The notes beneath the pieces were generated by a model, which was not told where the DNA came from, did no database searches, and saw only the letters and a program-made list of their open reading frames with translations. Below, in pieces: positions 63,292-64,000 of a stretch of 64,000 nucleotides of DNA. This DNA comes from Clostridia bacterium. GTDB lineage: Bacteria > Bacillota > Clostridia > Oscillospirales > CAG-272. The stretch spans positions 5,444 through 69,443 of the forward strand of contig JAFQPI010000036.1 of the NCBI GenBank assembly GCA_017411805.1. Reading direction: 5' to 3'. Position 1 is the first letter of the stretch. Each line of letters begins with the position of its first letter. The position numbers and the translations under genes were made by a program.

Positions 63292-64000
63292 TCAGTTAAA
63301 AGATCTCTTCTTAATAACTACAGCCGCAAGAGCGATGGTGCAAACAGCTGCTGCTACAACTGCGAAGGATGCATCGCCGGTTTCGGGAGTCTGGGAAGGA
63401 GCAGTGGTCTCGGGAGCGGGCTCGGTAGTCTCGGGAGCGGGCTCGGTGGTCTCGGGAGCGGGCTCTGTGGTTTCGGGAGCTGCAACAGGGCTCTTGAGAG
63501 TTACTACGGGACGATCTGCATCTGCAATGGGAGCATCTGCCTTTTCACCGGAGTTGTAGCAAAGGATTACGAGCTCGTTGTCCTTGGTGGAGGTGTAGGA
63601 ATAGGGCTGAACCGCATCGGTATACTCGGCCTGTCCGCCGCGGATGCCGCTTGCGAACTGCCATTCCTCACCGGACTTAGTCCAGGTAGAGAAAACGTAC
63701 GCGCTGTTGGAGCAGAAGCCTGTACCGTTCTTGTTGGTATCGGTAAAGGTTACCTTGCTGCCTGCATTGGGAACAACGATAACGTCGGTATAGGAATACT
63801 GTCCGCCGGTGGGATTGATCTTGTCAGCCCAGCTTGCGTTGGAGGAGGATCCAACGTATCCGAAGTTCCAATTTACGTCAACCTTAACGCCGTCAACGTA
63901 TACGTCCTCGTATTCGGGGGTAAAGGAAGCAGTCTGCTCGGAGCGGTAGCAAACGCGGATAGCCTGATTTGCCTCGGTTGTGGTAAAGGTGTAGGATCTT
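63292..64000 (-). CDS. cell-surface protein, C-terminal part only (5' end outside the window), with a sortase-type sorting signal
   Basis: Not in the track. The reverse frame is open from the window end to the TGA at 63294-63292. The C-terminus reads ...PETTEPAPETTEPAPETTEPAPETTAPSQTPETGDASFAVVAAAVCTIALAAVVIKKRSFN: an xPETG motif, a hydrophobic helix and a basic tail. Confidence 0.7.
   Translation of the reverse strand, partial: RSYTFTTTEANQAIRVCYRSEQTASFTPEYEDVYVDGVKVDVNWNFGYVGSSSNASWADKINPTGGQYSYTDVIVVPNAGSKVTFTDTNKNGTGFCSNSAYVFSTWTKSGEEWQFASGIRGGQAEYTDAVQPYSYTSTKDNELVILCYNSGEKADAPIADADRPVVTLKSPVAAPETTEPAPETTEPAPETTEPAPETTAPSQTPETGDASFAVVAAAVCTIALAAVVIKKRSFN
63407..63480 (-). repeat. in-frame 21-bp tandem repeat, about 3.5 copies, encoding PETTEPA units
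   Basis: Units lie at 63407-63427, 63428-63448 and 63449-63469, with a partial unit at 63470-63480. Differences between units are 1-2 nt. Confidence 0.9.

Noticed and set aside
63407-63480. Regularly spaced 21-bp repeats, considered as a possible mini CRISPR array
   Set aside because: The repeats are contiguous with no spacers, are in frame inside a CDS, and no cas genes are present.
63221-63559. 112-aa + strand ORF with GAGSVVSGAGSVVSG repeats
   Set aside because: It is antisense to the surface-protein C-terminus. The repeat is the reverse reading of the PETTEPA coding repeat, and the reverse-strand product ends in a complete sorting signal.

Overview
This is a chromosomal, mostly housekeeping 64-kb segment from a spore-forming Firmicute of Clostridia type. 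The taxon call rests on spoIIAA-spoIIAB-sigF, dpaA-dpaB, GGAGG ribosome-binding sites, and promoters of the form TTGnnn-17-TGnTATAAT. All calls come from reading the sequence and recalling family motifs; no BLAST, HMM or folding software was run.

I support 57 CDS, two of them truncated by the window edges. They cover:
- translation and tRNA modification: pheST, metG, an EF-G2-type paralogue, rpmB, ychF, trmB, truB, mtaB, an RluA-family synthase
- nucleoside salvage: upp, deoD, a fused deoB-cdd, and a BMP-type nucleoside ABC transporter behind a guanine-class purine riboswitch
- methionine synthesis: metY-metA
- sporulation genes
- two two-component systems: LytTR-type, and OmpR-type followed by htrA
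- comEC
- a Xer-like recombinase next to a MutS domain-V paralogue
- several unknown membrane proteins

I saw no rRNA, tRNA, CRISPR array, transposase or phage genes.

The observations most worth follow-up:
1. Two identical 28-bp 11-6-11 palindromes in direct orientation bracket an AT-rich small membrane ORF, downstream of the recombinase/MutS-like pair.
2. A mirror-symmetric pair of 9-N12-9 LytTR-type operator sites sits in the divergent promoter region of an orphan LytTR two-component system. One promoter drives an unknown 227-aa membrane-anchored protein.
3. A GC-rich, hairpin-dense island of about 130 nt lies in an otherwise AT-rich gap between convergent genes. It is a candidate structured RNA.
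4. Two unusual gene fusions are present: phosphopentomutase-cytidine deaminase, and alpha/beta hydrolase with an HxxxDG acyltransferase domain.
5. A short interspersed purine-rich repeat family is parked next to terminators.

None of these is proven. Each carries a stated test.
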